A DNA stretch of 64,000 bases. Source: an uncultured Eubacteriales bacterium. Its GTDB lineage: Bacteria; Bacillota; Clostridia; Oscillospirales; CAG-272. Shown here piece after piece: positions 44,288 through 53,994 of this stretch (its first letter is position 1; every line of letters starts with the position of its first letter). Location of the stretch: positions 17,889-81,888 of the forward strand of contig CAKSLQ010000008.1 of assembly GCA_934467415.1 (NCBI GenBank), given 5' to 3'. Under the pieces are notes generated by a model. That model was not told the DNA's origin, made no database searches, and saw nothing but the letters and a program-made list of their open reading frames with translations. The translations under genes were made by a program, and so were the position numbers.

Positions 44288-45175
44288 TTGATCAGAAGCA
44301 TGACTGCCTTCGGCCGCGCCCGCGTCACGACCGAGGAAAAGGATATCACCGTCGAGCTGAAAAGCGTGAACAACCGCTACCTCGACTGCTCGGTCCGTCT
44401 GCCGCGGCGCTACGCTTTTCTCGAGGACCGCATCAAGACCTACATCCAGCAAAACGGCGTTTCGCGCGGCAAGCTGGACGTGTTTGTCGGCGTGGACACG
44501 CTGTCCGACGCCGAGACGCAGATTGCGCTGGACGAGGCCTATGCAGAGAGCTATATCAAGGCGCTCTACGCCCTGCGCGACCGTTTCTCGCTCCCCGACG
44601 ACATCAGCGTGATGGGCGTCGCGGCCGACCGCGCGGTCTTCACGGTGCGCCGCGCCGAGGATGACGCCGAGCGCGACTTTGCGCTGATCCGCCCCGTGCT
44701 GGACGCGGCGCTGGCCGAATTCATCGCCGCCCGCAAAACCGAGGGCGGGAAGATTGAGCGCGACCTCATCGCAAAGATGGACGGCATCCGCGCCGTGGCC
44801 GCCGAGATCGCCGCCCTCTCCGAAGAAGAGATCGCGGCCTATCATGCAAAATTCACCGAGAGACTGAAACAGCTGCTCGGTGACAATAATATCGTGATCG
44901 ACGAGAACCGTGTGCTGACCGAGTGCGCCGTCTACGCCGACCGCGTGGCGATCGACGAGGAGCTGACGCGGCTGAACTGCCACTTCGGCGCCTTCCGCGA
45001 CATTTTAGCCTCGGGCGAGCCCTGCGGGCGCAAGCTGGACTTCCTGCTCCAGGAGATCAACCGCGAGACCAACACCATCGGCTCGAAGGCACAGTGCCTG
45101 GAGATCGCCAAGCGCGTGGTCCACATCAAGGCGGAGCTGGAAAAGATCCGCGAGCAGATTCAGAACATCGAATAA
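44288..45175 (+). CDS. yicC: YicC-family stress-induced protein
   Basis: TTG start 7-8 nt after AGGAGG gives MIRSMTAFGRA, the canonical YicC N-terminus. Confidence 0.85.
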   Translation: MIRSMTAFGRARVTTEEKDITVELKSVNNRYLDCSVRLPRRYAFLEDRIKTYIQQNGVSRGKLDVFVGVDTLSDAETQIALDEAYAESYIKALYALRDRFSLPDDISVMGVAADRAVFTVRRAEDDAERDFALIRPVLDAALAEFIAARKTEGGKIERDLIAKMDGIRAVAAEIAALSEEEIAAYHAKFTERLKQLLGDNNIVIDENRVLTECAVYADRVAIDEELTRLNCHFGAFRDILASGEPCGRKLDFLLQEINRETNTIGSKAQCLEIAKRVVHIKAELEKIREQIQNIE

Positions 45176-45203
45176 CCGAACATAGATTAAAGAGGAAACG
45201 GAA

Positions 45204-45476
45204 ATGAAATTCATCAATGTAGGCTTCGGCAACATGGTGGCGGCGGACCGCGTGGTCGCGCTGGTCAGCCCCGAATCCGCACCGGTCAAGCGTCTCATCG
45301 GCGAGGCGCGCGAGGGCGGCCGCGTCATCGACGTGACCTGCGGCAGACGCACGCGCGCCGTGATCGTCACCGACAGCGACCATGTCATCCTCAGCGCAAC
45401 CCAGCCCGAGACCATCTCAAACCGCCTGGCCGACGACGCGGAGGACGTGGAGGACGAAGAGGAGGACGCGGAATGA
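45204..45476 (+). CDS. remA: RemA/DUF370 regulator
   Basis: [32 protein letters not shown]... Acidic tail. Confidence 0.85.
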   Translation: MKFINVGFGNMVAADRVVALVSPESAPVKRLIGEAREGGRVIDVTCGRRTRAVIVTDSDHVILSATQPETISNRLADDAEDVEDEEEDAE

Positions 45477-46084
45477 ACGGCAGCCTGCTCTTCATCATCT
45501 CCGGCCCCGCCGGCAGCGGCAAAGGCTCGGTGGTCGCCGAGGTGCTTCGCCGCGACGACCGCTTCATGTGCGCGGTGAGCGCAACGACCCGCCCCTGCCT
45601 TGCGGGCGAGACCGACGGCGTGAACTACTATTACATCAGCCGGGAAGCATTTGAGGAAAAGATCCGCACACACGGTGTGCTGGAGTACACCGAATACTGC
45701 GGCAACTATTACGGCACGCTGGCAAGCGAGGTCGAGCGGGCAAAATCGCTCGGCAAGCACCTCATCCTCGAGATTGAGGTGGACGGCGCGACGCAGATCA
45801 AGCGCCAGCACCCCGAGGCGGTGCTGGTGATGGTCACGCCGCCGAGCGTCACCGAGCAGAGCCGCCGTCTGCACAGCCGCGGCAGAGACACCGAGGAGTC
45901 GATCGCGCGGCGGCTGAAGCGCGCCGAGGCGGAACTTGACTATCTGCCGAAGTACGACTACCTCATCGTCAACGAGAGCGGCAAGCTCGACCGGGCGACC
46001 GACGATTTTCTCACCATTGCCCATGCCGAGGCGCTGCGCACTTCGCACCGCGCGGACTTCGCAAAAAAATATTTCGCAAAATAA
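45473..46084 (+). CDS. gmk: Guanylate kinase
   Basis: P-loop [14 protein letters not shown] overlap with remA. Confidence 0.9.
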   Translation: MNGSLLFIISGPAGSGKGSVVAEVLRRDDRFMCAVSATTRPCLAGETDGVNYYYISREAFEEKIRTHGVLEYTEYCGNYYGTLASEVERAKSLGKHLILEIEVDGATQIKRQHPEAVLVMVTPPSVTEQSRRLHSRGRDTEESIARRLKRAEAELDYLPKYDYLIVNESGKLDRATDDFLTIAHAEALRTSHRADFAKKYFAK

Positions 46085-46117
46085 CCGATACGAACATCCC
46101 AAAGGAGACACAATACC

Positions 46118-46486
46118 ATGATTAACAAGCCTTCCGTAGAAGAACTGACCCGTGACGGCCTCAACCGCTATGAGCTCGTCATCGCGACCGCAAAGTGCGC
46201 GCACCTCATCACCGACGAATACGTCGAGCAGCGCGCCTATGCCGAGAAGCTCATCGAGCGCAAGGAGACCGACAAGCCGATCAGCGCGCTGATCGACAAG
46301 GATATCCGTGACGAAAAGGCGGTCAAAAACGCCGTTGCACGTCTGCATGCCGGCCTCTACAAGGTCGTGCATCCGGGCGAAGACGGTTACCTCGACGAGA
46401 CCGCGCTCGAGGCCGAGCGCGAGACCGAGCGCGAGGAGGCGGACGCGGACGTGACCGCCAATGCGCTGAACCCCGACAACGACTGA
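46118..46486 (+). CDS. rpoZ: DNA-directed RNA polymerase subunit omega (with an acidic C-terminal extension)
   Basis: NRYELVIATAKCA core. Position after gmk. Confidence 0.8.
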   Translation: MINKPSVEELTRDGLNRYELVIATAKCAHLITDEYVEQRAYAEKLIERKETDKPISALIDKDIRDEKAVKNAVARLHAGLYKVVHPGEDGYLDETALEAERETEREEADADVTANALNPDND

Positions 46487-46527
46487 TTCTGTTTCTGACT
46501 TTCTGAGGACCGATGGGAGGTGGGTGC

Positions 46528-48759
46528 GTGACACAGTATGCAAGCGTCTGTCTGCTCGATGTGCCGTCCGCGCTCGACCGCCCGTTTGACTACCGCATTC
46601 CGGAGCACCTTGCGGGGCTGATCGGGCGCGGCTCGCTCGTGCACGTCCCCTTTTCGGGGGCAAACCGGCGGCACATGGCGCTGGTCGAATGCGTGAAGGA
46701 TGAGACCGACAGCCCGCGCACCAAGGATATTCTCGACGTCAACCGGCTGGTCTCGCTCACCGAGGAGCAGCTGGCGGTCTGCGCTTTTCTGAAGGAATAT
46801 ACGCTCTGCACCACGGGCGACGCGGTGCGCACGCTGACGCCGCCGCTCTCTGCGCTGAAAAGCGCCTCGGAAAAGCAGCTGATCTGCGTCCGCCGCACGG
46901 CCGCGCCCGCAGGAGTGCTGCGCGGCGCAAAGCAGCACGCGCTCTACGCGGCCATCGGTGCGGATTTTGCTCCGGCGGCCGACGCCTTTGCAAAAAGCGG
47001 CGCGGGCAGCGCCCAGCTCCGCGCGCTGCGCGCGGCGGGGCTGGTCGAGGTCCGCGCCGAGACGGTCTACCGCAATCCGTATGCCGACCTCAGAATCGAC
47101 GCGGAGCGGGAGAACAAATTAAGCCCGCACCAGACGGCCGCCTATGACCGCCTGTGCGAACTCTACGCCGCAGGCGGCGCGCACTGCGCCCTGCTCTACG
47201 GCGTGACCGGCTCGGGCAAGACCCGCGTGATGAAGGCGATGATCGACCGCGTGCGCGCGGACGGGCGGCAGGTGATTGTGCTTGTGCCCGAGATCTCGCT
47301 GACGCCGCAGACCGTGTCGCTTTTCTGCTCGTTCTACGGCGAGCGGGTGGCGGTGCTGCATTCCTCGCTCTCGGCGGGGCAGCGCCACGACGCCTACCGC
47401 CGCATTGCCGCGGGCGAGGTCGATCTCGTCATCGGCACGCGCAGCGCGGTGTTTGCCCCGCTGCCGAACCTCGGCATGATCGTCATCGACGAGGAGCAGG
47501 AGCATACCTACAAGTCGGACATGAGTCCGAAGTACCATGCGCGTGATGTTGCGGCGTTCCGCATCGGGCGCGCAAAGGGGCTTTTGCTGCTGGCCTCCGC
47601 GACCCCCTCGGTCGAGAGCTATTACAAGGCGAGAAGCGGCCAGTACGCGCTCGTCGAGCTGACCGAGCGCTACGGCAGCGCGCGGCTGCCGGAGGTCTGC
47701 ATCGACGACATGCGCAAAAACGCGCTCGGCGGCAATCTGTCGCCCTTCGGCGCGCTGCTCACCGAGAAAATGGACGAGACGCTGTCGCGCGGCGAGCAGG
47801 CCATCCTGTTTCTCAACCGCCGCGGCTACAATGCGTTTCTCACCTGCCGCGACTGCGGCGAGGCGGTGCTCTGCCCCCGCTGCTCGGTGTCGCTCACGCG
47901 GCACAAGGAGGGCGGGCGGGACTATCTGCTCTGCCACTACTGCGGCTACCGCAGCGCCATCCCGCGCGAATGCCCGTCCTGCCGGTCCACGCACCTCGCC
48001 TTCATGGGCTACGGCACACAGAAGGCGGAGGAGGCGTTTTACGAGAAGTTCGGCGGCGCGCATCACGCAAGCCTGCTCCGCATGGACGCGGACACCACCA
48101 CGAAGAAGAACGCCTACGACGAGATGCTCGGCGCCTTCCGCGCGCACAAGGCCGACGTGCTGCTCGGCACGCAGATGGTCGCCAAGGGGCACGACTTCCC
48201 CGACGTGACGCTGGTCGGCGTGCTGAACGCGGACGCCGCGCTCTACCTCGACGATTTCCGCGCCGGGGAGCGCACGTTCTCGATGCTCACGCAGGTCATC
48301 GGCCGCGCCGGGCGCGCCGAAAAGCGCGGCGTCGCCGTCATCCAGACGATGAACCCGAACCACGAGGTCATCCGCATGGCCGCCGCACAGGACTACCGCG
48401 CGTTTTACGCGCGGGACATCGCGCTGCGCGAGGCATTCACGTTCCCGCCGTTCTGCGACATCGCCGTGATCTCGGCGGCCAGCGCCTCCGAGGCGGCCTG
48501 CACCAAGTGCGCGGCGGAGATTTTCACCTTCATGAAGGAGCGGATGTCGGGCGAATACCGCGACGTGCCGGTGATCTCGTTCGGCCCGTTTGAAGCGCCG
48601 CTCTACAAGGTGGAGGACTGCTACCGTATGCGCGTCGTGCTGAAATGCCGCCGCTCCAAGCGGCTGCTGGCCATGCTCGGCGAGCTGCTCCGCCATTTCA
48701 CAACGAAGGAGTACAAGGCGGTTTCGGTCGGCGTGGACATCAACCCGACCAATCTGTAA
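46528..48759 (+). CDS. priA: Primosomal protein N' (replication restart helicase)
   Basis: Walker A GVTGSGKT, DEEQ box, Cys-rich zinc region CRDCGEAVLCPRCS...CHYCG...CPSC. A GTG at 46528 lies 7 nt after GGGAGG; the track start at 46513 is possible. Confidence 0.9.
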   Translation: MTQYASVCLLDVPSALDRPFDYRIPEHLAGLIGRGSLVHVPFSGANRRHMALVECVKDETDSPRTKDILDVNRLVSLTEEQLAVCAFLKEYTLCTTGDAVRTLTPPLSALKSASEKQLICVRRTAAPAGVLRGAKQHALYAAIGADFAPAADAFAKSGAGSAQLRALRAAGLVEVRAETVYRNPYADLRIDAERENKLSPHQTAAYDRLCELYAAGGAHCALLYGVTGSGKTRVMKAMIDRVRADGRQVIVLVPEISLTPQTVSLFCSFYGERVAVLHSSLSAGQRHDAYRRIAAGEVDLVIGTRSAVFAPLPNLGMIVIDEEQEHTYKSDMSPKYHARDVAAFRIGRAKGLLLLASATPSVESYYKARSGQYALVELTERYGSARLPEVCIDDMRKNALGGNLSPFGALLTEKMDETLSRGEQAILFLNRRGYNAFLTCRDCGEAVLCPRCSVSLTRHKEGGRDYLLCHYCGYRSAIPRECPSCRSTHLAFMGYGTQKAEEAFYEKFGGAHHASLLRMDADTTTKKNAYDEMLGAFRAHKADVLLGTQMVAKGHDFPDVTLVGVLNADAALYLDDFRAGERTFSMLTQVIGRAGRAEKRGVAVIQTMNPNHEVIRMAAAQDYRAFYARDIALREAFTFPPFCDIAVISAASASEAACTKCAAEIFTFMKERMSGEYRDVPVISFGPFEAPLYKVEDCYRMRVVLKCRRSKRLLAMLGELLRHFTTKEYKAVSVGVDINPTNL

Positions 48760-48777
48760 ACAAGAGAACATCTTTTT

Positions 48778-48936
48778 TAGCCCCCTCGGTGAGGGACGGC
48801 GCACGAGACGCGATGCGTCTCGCGGAGTTTTCCCATCGGGAAAACATCCTTCACCGGACGGCGGCTGGGGGAGTTTTTCGCCAATGTGGAAAACTCCTTC
48901 CGGCGCATTCGCGCCACCTCCCTCACTGAGGGAGGT
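48778..48936. repeat. TIR-bounded hairpin-repeat unit (locus L7)
   Basis: tttagccccctcggtgaggg ... ccctcactgagggaggt. Same ends as 30174-30330. Confidence 0.8.
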
Positions 48937-49004
48937 AAAACGCAGAAACACGCTTGCAGCGGGTCTTCTCCGGCTGCAATGCTTTCCGAAAGGCAAGGAT
49001 AACT

Positions 49005-49463
49005 ATGGCTAAACTCAAAATCGTCAAAGAGGGAGACCCGCTGCTGCGCAAAACCAGCCGCCCGGTCACCGAGATCACGCCGCGCATCCTCACGCTGCTC
49101 GACGACATGGCCGAGACCATGCGCGCGGCGGACGGCGTCGGCCTTGCCGCCGTGCAGGTCGGCGTGCTGCGCCGCGTGGTCGTCATCGAGACCGAGGCGG
49201 GCAAGCTGATCGAACTCATCAACCCCCGCATCATCGAGAGCGAGGGCGAGCAGGAGGAGGCGGAGGGCTGCCTCTCCCTCCCCGGCAAGTACGGCATCAC
49301 GCACCGCCCGAAAAAGGTGGTCGTCGTCGCCGAAAACCGCCACGGCGAGCCCGTGGAATACATGGGCGAAGACCTGCTCGCGCGCGCCTTCTGCCACGAG
49401 ATCGACCATCTCGACGGCAAGCTGTTCACCGACTGCGTCGTCCGCATGCTGGACGAGGAGTGA
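49005..49463 (+). CDS. def: Peptide deformylase
   Basis: EGCLS and HEIDH motifs. ATG at 49005. Confidence 0.9.
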   Translation: MAKLKIVKEGDPLLRKTSRPVTEITPRILTLLDDMAETMRAADGVGLAAVQVGVLRRVVVIETEAGKLIELINPRIIESEGEQEEAEGCLSLPGKYGITHRPKKVVVVAENRHGEPVEYMGEDLLARAFCHEIDHLDGKLFTDCVVRMLDEE

Positions 49464-49467
49464 ATGT

Positions 49468-49650
49468 AAGCCTTCCCCCTTGGGGGATGTACGAAGCACA
49501 ATGCATCCTTTGGCTTCCCTTGGGGGAAGCTGTCGCCGTAGGCGACTGATGAGGGATTGATGAGGGCAAAGCATTGCACTATGCTGTGTCGGCTGTCTGC
49601 AAGCCCTCATCCGTCACGCTTCGCGTGCCACCTTCCCCACCGGGGAAGGC
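49468..49650. repeat. Hairpin-repeat cluster (locus L8)
   Basis: gccttcccccttggggg; ggcttcccttgggggaagc-tgtcgccgtaggcgac-tgatgaggg ... gccctcatcc ... ccaccttccccaccggggaaggc. Confidence 0.8.
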
Positions 49651-49754
49651 TGAGATGCGGCACACCCCTACTGGGCAGGGTGCGTCATTTCACCCCGCCC
49701 TACAATATCCCGCTTTTCCTACAGGAAACGACCCTCACGGGAGGTATACTATAG

Positions 49755-50687
49755 ATGAAGATTTTATTCATGGGAACGCCGGATTTCGCGCTGTTCTCGC
49801 TGCGCGCCCTCGTGGACGCGGGGGAGAACGTCGCCGCCGTCGTCACCCAGACCGACAAACCGAAAGGCCGCGGCATGACGCTCACGCCGCCGCCCGTCAA
49901 GGTCTACGCGACCGGACACGGCATCCCCGTCTTCCAGCCGAAGACGCTGAAGGACGGCGCATTTGAGACCGAGCTGCGCGAAATCGACCCCGACATCATC
50001 ATCGTCGTCGCCTACGGCAAGATTCTGCCGAAATACATCCTCGACTACCCGAAATTCGGCTGTATCAACATCCACGGCTCGCTCCTGCCGAAATACCGCG
50101 GCGCCGCGCCGATGCAGCGCGCCGTCATGGCGGGCGAGACCGTCACCGGCGTGACCTCGATGTACATGGCGGAGGGGATGGACACCGGCGACATGCTGCT
50201 CACCGAGACGGTCGCCGTCGCGCCCGACGACAACTTCGAGGACGTGCATGACAAGCTCGGCGAAGCGGGCGCGCGCGTGCTGCTCCGCACGCTGGACGCG
50301 GCAAAGCGCGGCGAGCTGCACCCGATTCCGCAAAACGACGCCGACGCCACCTACGCCGCCAAGATCGAAAAGGCGGAATGCCTTGTGGACTGGACATGGG
50401 ACGCCGCGCGCCTGCACGACAAGATCCGCGGGCTGTCGCCCTTCCCGCTTGCCTATACGACCCTGCCGGGCGGCAAGCTTCTCAAGATTGTGCGCGCACA
50501 CCCCGAAGAGGCGGAGGCTTCCGCCCCGGCGGGTACGGTCATCGCCGCCGACAAGGGCGGCATCCGGGTTGCCTGCGGCCGCGGCGTGCTCGTGCTTGAG
50601 ACCGCGACGCCCGAGGGCAAAAAGGCACAGAGCGCCGCCGACCTTGTAAACGGCAGGCAGATCGCCGCCGGCGACAAGCTCGGCTGA
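49755..50687 (+). CDS. fmt: Methionyl-tRNA formyltransferase
   Basis: HGSLLPKYRGAAP motif. Follows def. Confidence 0.9.
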   Translation: MKILFMGTPDFALFSLRALVDAGENVAAVVTQTDKPKGRGMTLTPPPVKVYATGHGIPVFQPKTLKDGAFETELREIDPDIIIVVAYGKILPKYILDYPKFGCINIHGSLLPKYRGAAPMQRAVMAGETVTGVTSMYMAEGMDTGDMLLTETVAVAPDDNFEDVHDKLGEAGARVLLRTLDAAKRGELHPIPQNDADATYAAKIEKAECLVDWTWDAARLHDKIRGLSPFPLAYTTLPGGKLLKIVRAHPEEAEASAPAGTVIAADKGGIRVACGRGVLVLETATPEGKKAQSAADLVNGRQIAAGDKLG

Positions 50688-50721
50688 TCCATGTGCGCAC
50701 ACCGCACGGAAAGGAGATTTT

Positions 50722-51417
50722 ATGCCTTACCTCTATATTGACTCCTGGTATATCATTCTGGTCGTGCCCGCGATGCTGCTCGCACTCTGGGCGCAGATCA
50801 ACGTCAATTCCACGTTCTCGCGCTATTCCAAGGTGACAGCGCCGAGCGGCATGACCGGCGCGGAGAGCGCCCGCCGCGTGCTTGAAGCCAACGGCGTTGT
50901 CGGGGTGCGCATCGAGCGCATCTCCGGCAATCTGACCGACCATTTCGACCCGAAGACCAACACCATCCGCCTCTCGGAGAACGTCTATGACGCGACCACC
51001 GTCTCGGCGGTCGGCGTTGCCGCCCACGAGGCGGGACACGCCGTGCAGTACGCCGTCGGCTATTCGCCGATGAAGCTGCGCGCCGCCATCATCCCCGCCA
51101 CCAACATCGGCTCACAGCTGGCAATGCCGCTGGTGCTGCTCGGGCTGATTCTCTCCTCCGCCATGCTCGTGGACATCGGCATCCTCGCCTTCTCCATGTC
51201 CACCCTGTTCCAGCTCGTCACCCTGCCGGTCGAGTTCAACGCCTCGCGCCGCGCGGTCGCCGCGCTGGAGGCGGGCTGCGCCTCCGGCACCGAGGTCAAG
51301 GGCGCCAAAGCCGTGCTGCGCGCGGCCGCGCTGACCTACGTTGCGGCCCTCGCCGTCAGCCTGGCCAGCCTGCTTCGTCTCATCCTGTTGTTCGGCGGCA
51401 GAAACCGCCGCGACTGA
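50722..51417 (+). CDS. Membrane zinc metallopeptidase (YugP-like)
   Basis: HEAGHA zinc motif flanked by TM segments. Confidence 0.8.
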   Translation: MPYLYIDSWYIILVVPAMLLALWAQINVNSTFSRYSKVTAPSGMTGAESARRVLEANGVVGVRIERISGNLTDHFDPKTNTIRLSENVYDATTVSAVGVAAHEAGHAVQYAVGYSPMKLRAAIIPATNIGSQLAMPLVLLGLILSSAMLVDIGILAFSMSTLFQLVTLPVEFNASRRAVAALEAGCASGTEVKGAKAVLRAAALTYVAALAVSLASLLRLILLFGGRNRRD

Positions 51418-51424
51418 CACGGCC

Positions 51425-52726
51425 ATGCATGTACGCAAGACTGCGCTCTCGCTGCTGCGTGACGCAGAAGCGGGCGACAAATACATCGCGCTGGCGCTGG
51501 ACGGCTATCTCTCGGCTCACCCCTGCGACGCGCGCGACCGCGCCCTGCTCTCCACGCTGGTCTACGGCGTGACCGAGCGGCGCGTGACCCTTGACTACTA
51601 TATCGACGCGCTTGCCGCCGATCCCCAAAAGGTCGGCGCGCGGATGCGGCAGATCCTGCGGCTCGGGCTGTACCAGCTGATGTACCTCGACCGCATCCCG
51701 CCGCACGCCGCCGTCGCGGAGACGGTCGCCCTCGGCAAAAGCGCCGGGGAGCGCGCCTTTCTCAACGGCATCCTGCGCGGCTACCTCCGCCGCGGGGCGG
51801 AAATCCCCCTGCCGGCCGACCCTGTCGAGCGGCGGGCGGTGGAGACCGGCTTCCCCGCGCCCATTGTCCGCCTCCTTGACGAAAACCTCGGCGCGGACGC
51901 CGACCGCGCGCTCACGGCGCTCACGGCGCACCCGCCGATCACCCTTGCGGTCAATACCCTGCGCCGCTCGCGCGAAGACGCGCTGGCCGCGCTCCGCGCG
52001 GCGGGCATCGCCGCCGAAGCCTGTGCGGACGCGCCGCGCGGCATCACCCTTTTGCAGAACCTGCCCTACAGCGCACTCGGTGAAGCGCTCGGCGACGGAA
52101 GCTTCTTTGTGCAGGACGAGGCCTCGCAGATCGCGGTGACGGCGCTCGACCCCCGCCCCGGCGAGGTCGGCGCGGACGTCTGCGCCTGCCCCGGCTCCAA
52201 GAGCCTGCACGCCGCCCTGCTCATGCAAAACACGGGCAAAATCCACGATTTTGACCTGCACGCAAGCAAGCTGCCGCTGATCACGGCGGCGGCCGCGCGG
52301 CTCGGCATCGACATCCTCGGCACCGAAGCGCGCGACGCGCGCACGCCGCGCGAGGACCTGTGCGGCAAATGCGATTTCGTCATCTGCGACGTCCCCTGCA
52401 CGGGGCTCGGCGTCATGGCGAAGAAGCCGGAGATCCGCTTCCACGATCCCGAGCTTTACAGGACGCTCGCGCCGCTCGGCGGCGAGATCCTCCGCGCCTC
52501 GGCGCGCTATCTTCGCTGCGGCGGCAGACTGCTCTTTTCCACCTGCACGCTGACGCGGGCGGAGAACGAAGACAATTTCCGCGCATTCCTTGCCGAAAAC
52601 CCCGCGTTTACCCCGCTCGACTTCACCGTCGGGTCGGTCACAAGCCGCGGCGGCGCTGTCACCCTGCTGCCGGACGGCCGCCGGGATGGCTTCTTCATCG
52701 GCCTGATGCAGAGAACAGGAGACTGA
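51425..52726 (+). CDS. rsmB: 16S rRNA (cytosine967-C5)-methyltransferase
   Basis: NusB-like N-terminal domain. SAM/catalytic motifs DVCACPGSKS and DVPCTGLG. ATG at 51425. Confidence 0.85.
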   Translation: MHVRKTALSLLRDAEAGDKYIALALDGYLSAHPCDARDRALLSTLVYGVTERRVTLDYYIDALAADPQKVGARMRQILRLGLYQLMYLDRIPPHAAVAETVALGKSAGERAFLNGILRGYLRRGAEIPLPADPVERRAVETGFPAPIVRLLDENLGADADRALTALTAHPPITLAVNTLRRSREDALAALRAAGIAAEACADAPRGITLLQNLPYSALGEALGDGSFFVQDEASQIAVTALDPRPGEVGADVCACPGSKSLHAALLMQNTGKIHDFDLHASKLPLITAAAARLGIDILGTEARDARTPREDLCGKCDFVICDVPCTGLGVMAKKPEIRFHDPELYRTLAPLGGEILRASARYLRCGGRLLFSTCTLTRAENEDNFRAFLAENPAFTPLDFTVGSVTSRGGAVTLLPDGRRDGFFIGLMQRTGD

Positions 52727-52727
52727 C

Positions 52728-53804
52728 ATGGCAGACGCCAATATCAAAACCGACCTCGGCTCCATGACCCGAGCCGAGCTGGAGGACTACATCCGCTCCA
52801 TCGGCGAGAGCCGCTTCCGCGCGGCGCAGATTGCCGAATGGCTGCGGCGCGGCGTGGATTTTGACGGCATGTCCAACCTGCCCGCCGCCCTGCGCGCGCG
52901 TCTTATCGAGACCTGCACGAGCGGCATTCCGAAAATCGAACGCAAGCTGGTCTCCGGGGTGGACGGCACGGTGAAGTACCTCTTCCGCCTCGACGACGGC
53001 GAATGCGTCGAAACCGTCATCATGTTCTACAAGCACGGCACCACCGCCTGCATTTCCTCGCAGGTCGGCTGCCGCATGGGCTGCCGCTTCTGCGCCTCCA
53101 CCATCGGCGGCAAGGTGCGCGACCTTGCGCCGTCCGAGATGCTCGGCCAGCTCACCGCCGCATCCCGCGACCTCGGCGAGCGCATCGACGGCGTCGTGAT
53201 GATGGGCATCGGCGAGCCGCTCGACAACTACGAAAATACCGTGAAATTCCTGCACCTCGTCACCTCGGCAGACGGGCTGAACATCGGCGGGCGGCACATC
53301 TCGGTGTCCACCTCCGGTATCGTCCCGAAGATCGGCGAGCTGGAAAAGGAAGACCTCGCGATCACGCTCTCGATTTCGCTCCACGCGGCAAACGACACGC
53401 GCCGCTCGGCGCTGATGCCGGTCAACCGCAAATGGGGCATCGACGAGCTGCTCACCGCCGTCAAGCACTATTTTGACGCGACCGGGCGGCGCGTGTCGAT
53501 CGAATACACCCTCATCGCCGGGGAAAACGATACCCCCGCCGATGCAAAAGAGCTTGCCGCCCTGCTCCGCCGCTACTTTGCGCGCGGCGACGCCCTGCAC
53601 GTCAACCTCATCCCGGTCAACCCGGTGCGGGAGAGCGGCTTTGCCAAAGGCAGCCGCGAGAGCATCGAACGCTTCCGCGAGAGCCTTGAGCAAAGCGGCA
53701 TCACCGCCACGGTGCGCCGCACGCTCGGCCCGGACATCAACGCCTCCTGCGGCCAGCTCCGCCGCGCCGTCGGGCGTAAGGCTTCCCCCTTGGGGGAAGG
53801 CTAA
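52728..53804 (+). CDS. rlmN: 23S rRNA/tRNA adenine-C2 methyltransferase RlmN (radical SAM)
   Basis: CxxxCxxC motif (CRMGCRFC). C-terminal CGQLR, then about 13 extra codons that read into a repeat module. Confidence 0.9.
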   Translation: MADANIKTDLGSMTRAELEDYIRSIGESRFRAAQIAEWLRRGVDFDGMSNLPAALRARLIETCTSGIPKIERKLVSGVDGTVKYLFRLDDGECVETVIMFYKHGTTACISSQVGCRMGCRFCASTIGGKVRDLAPSEMLGQLTAASRDLGERIDGVVMMGIGEPLDNYENTVKFLHLVTSADGLNIGGRHISVSTSGIVPKIGELEKEDLAITLSISLHAANDTRRSALMPVNRKWGIDELLTAVKHYFDATGRRVSIEYTLIAGENDTPADAKELAALLRRYFARGDALHVNLIPVNPVRESGFAKGSRESIERFRESLEQSGITATVRRTLGPDINASCGQLRRAVGRKASPLGEG

Positions 53805-53941
53805 GTTGCGGCGGGAGCGAGCCCTTCAGCTCCCCTGTGCAAGGGGAGCTGTCACCGCAAGGTGACTGAGGGGTTGTTCCTTACTCTGTAACAATCCCTC
53901 CGGCATGCTTCGCATGCCACCTCCCTTTGCCGGGGGGAGGC
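53780..53941. repeat. Hairpin module plus five-hairpin element, forward orientation (locus L9)
   Basis: ggcttcccccttgggggaagg at 53780-53801. Five hairpins: H1 53828-50, H2 53851-66, H3 53867-900, H4 53901-18, H5 53919-41. Confidence 0.85.
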
Positions 53942-53994
53942 TTGGTTAGATTTCACCCCCACGCATGACTTCTTTGAAAGGAACGGTCAGGTCC

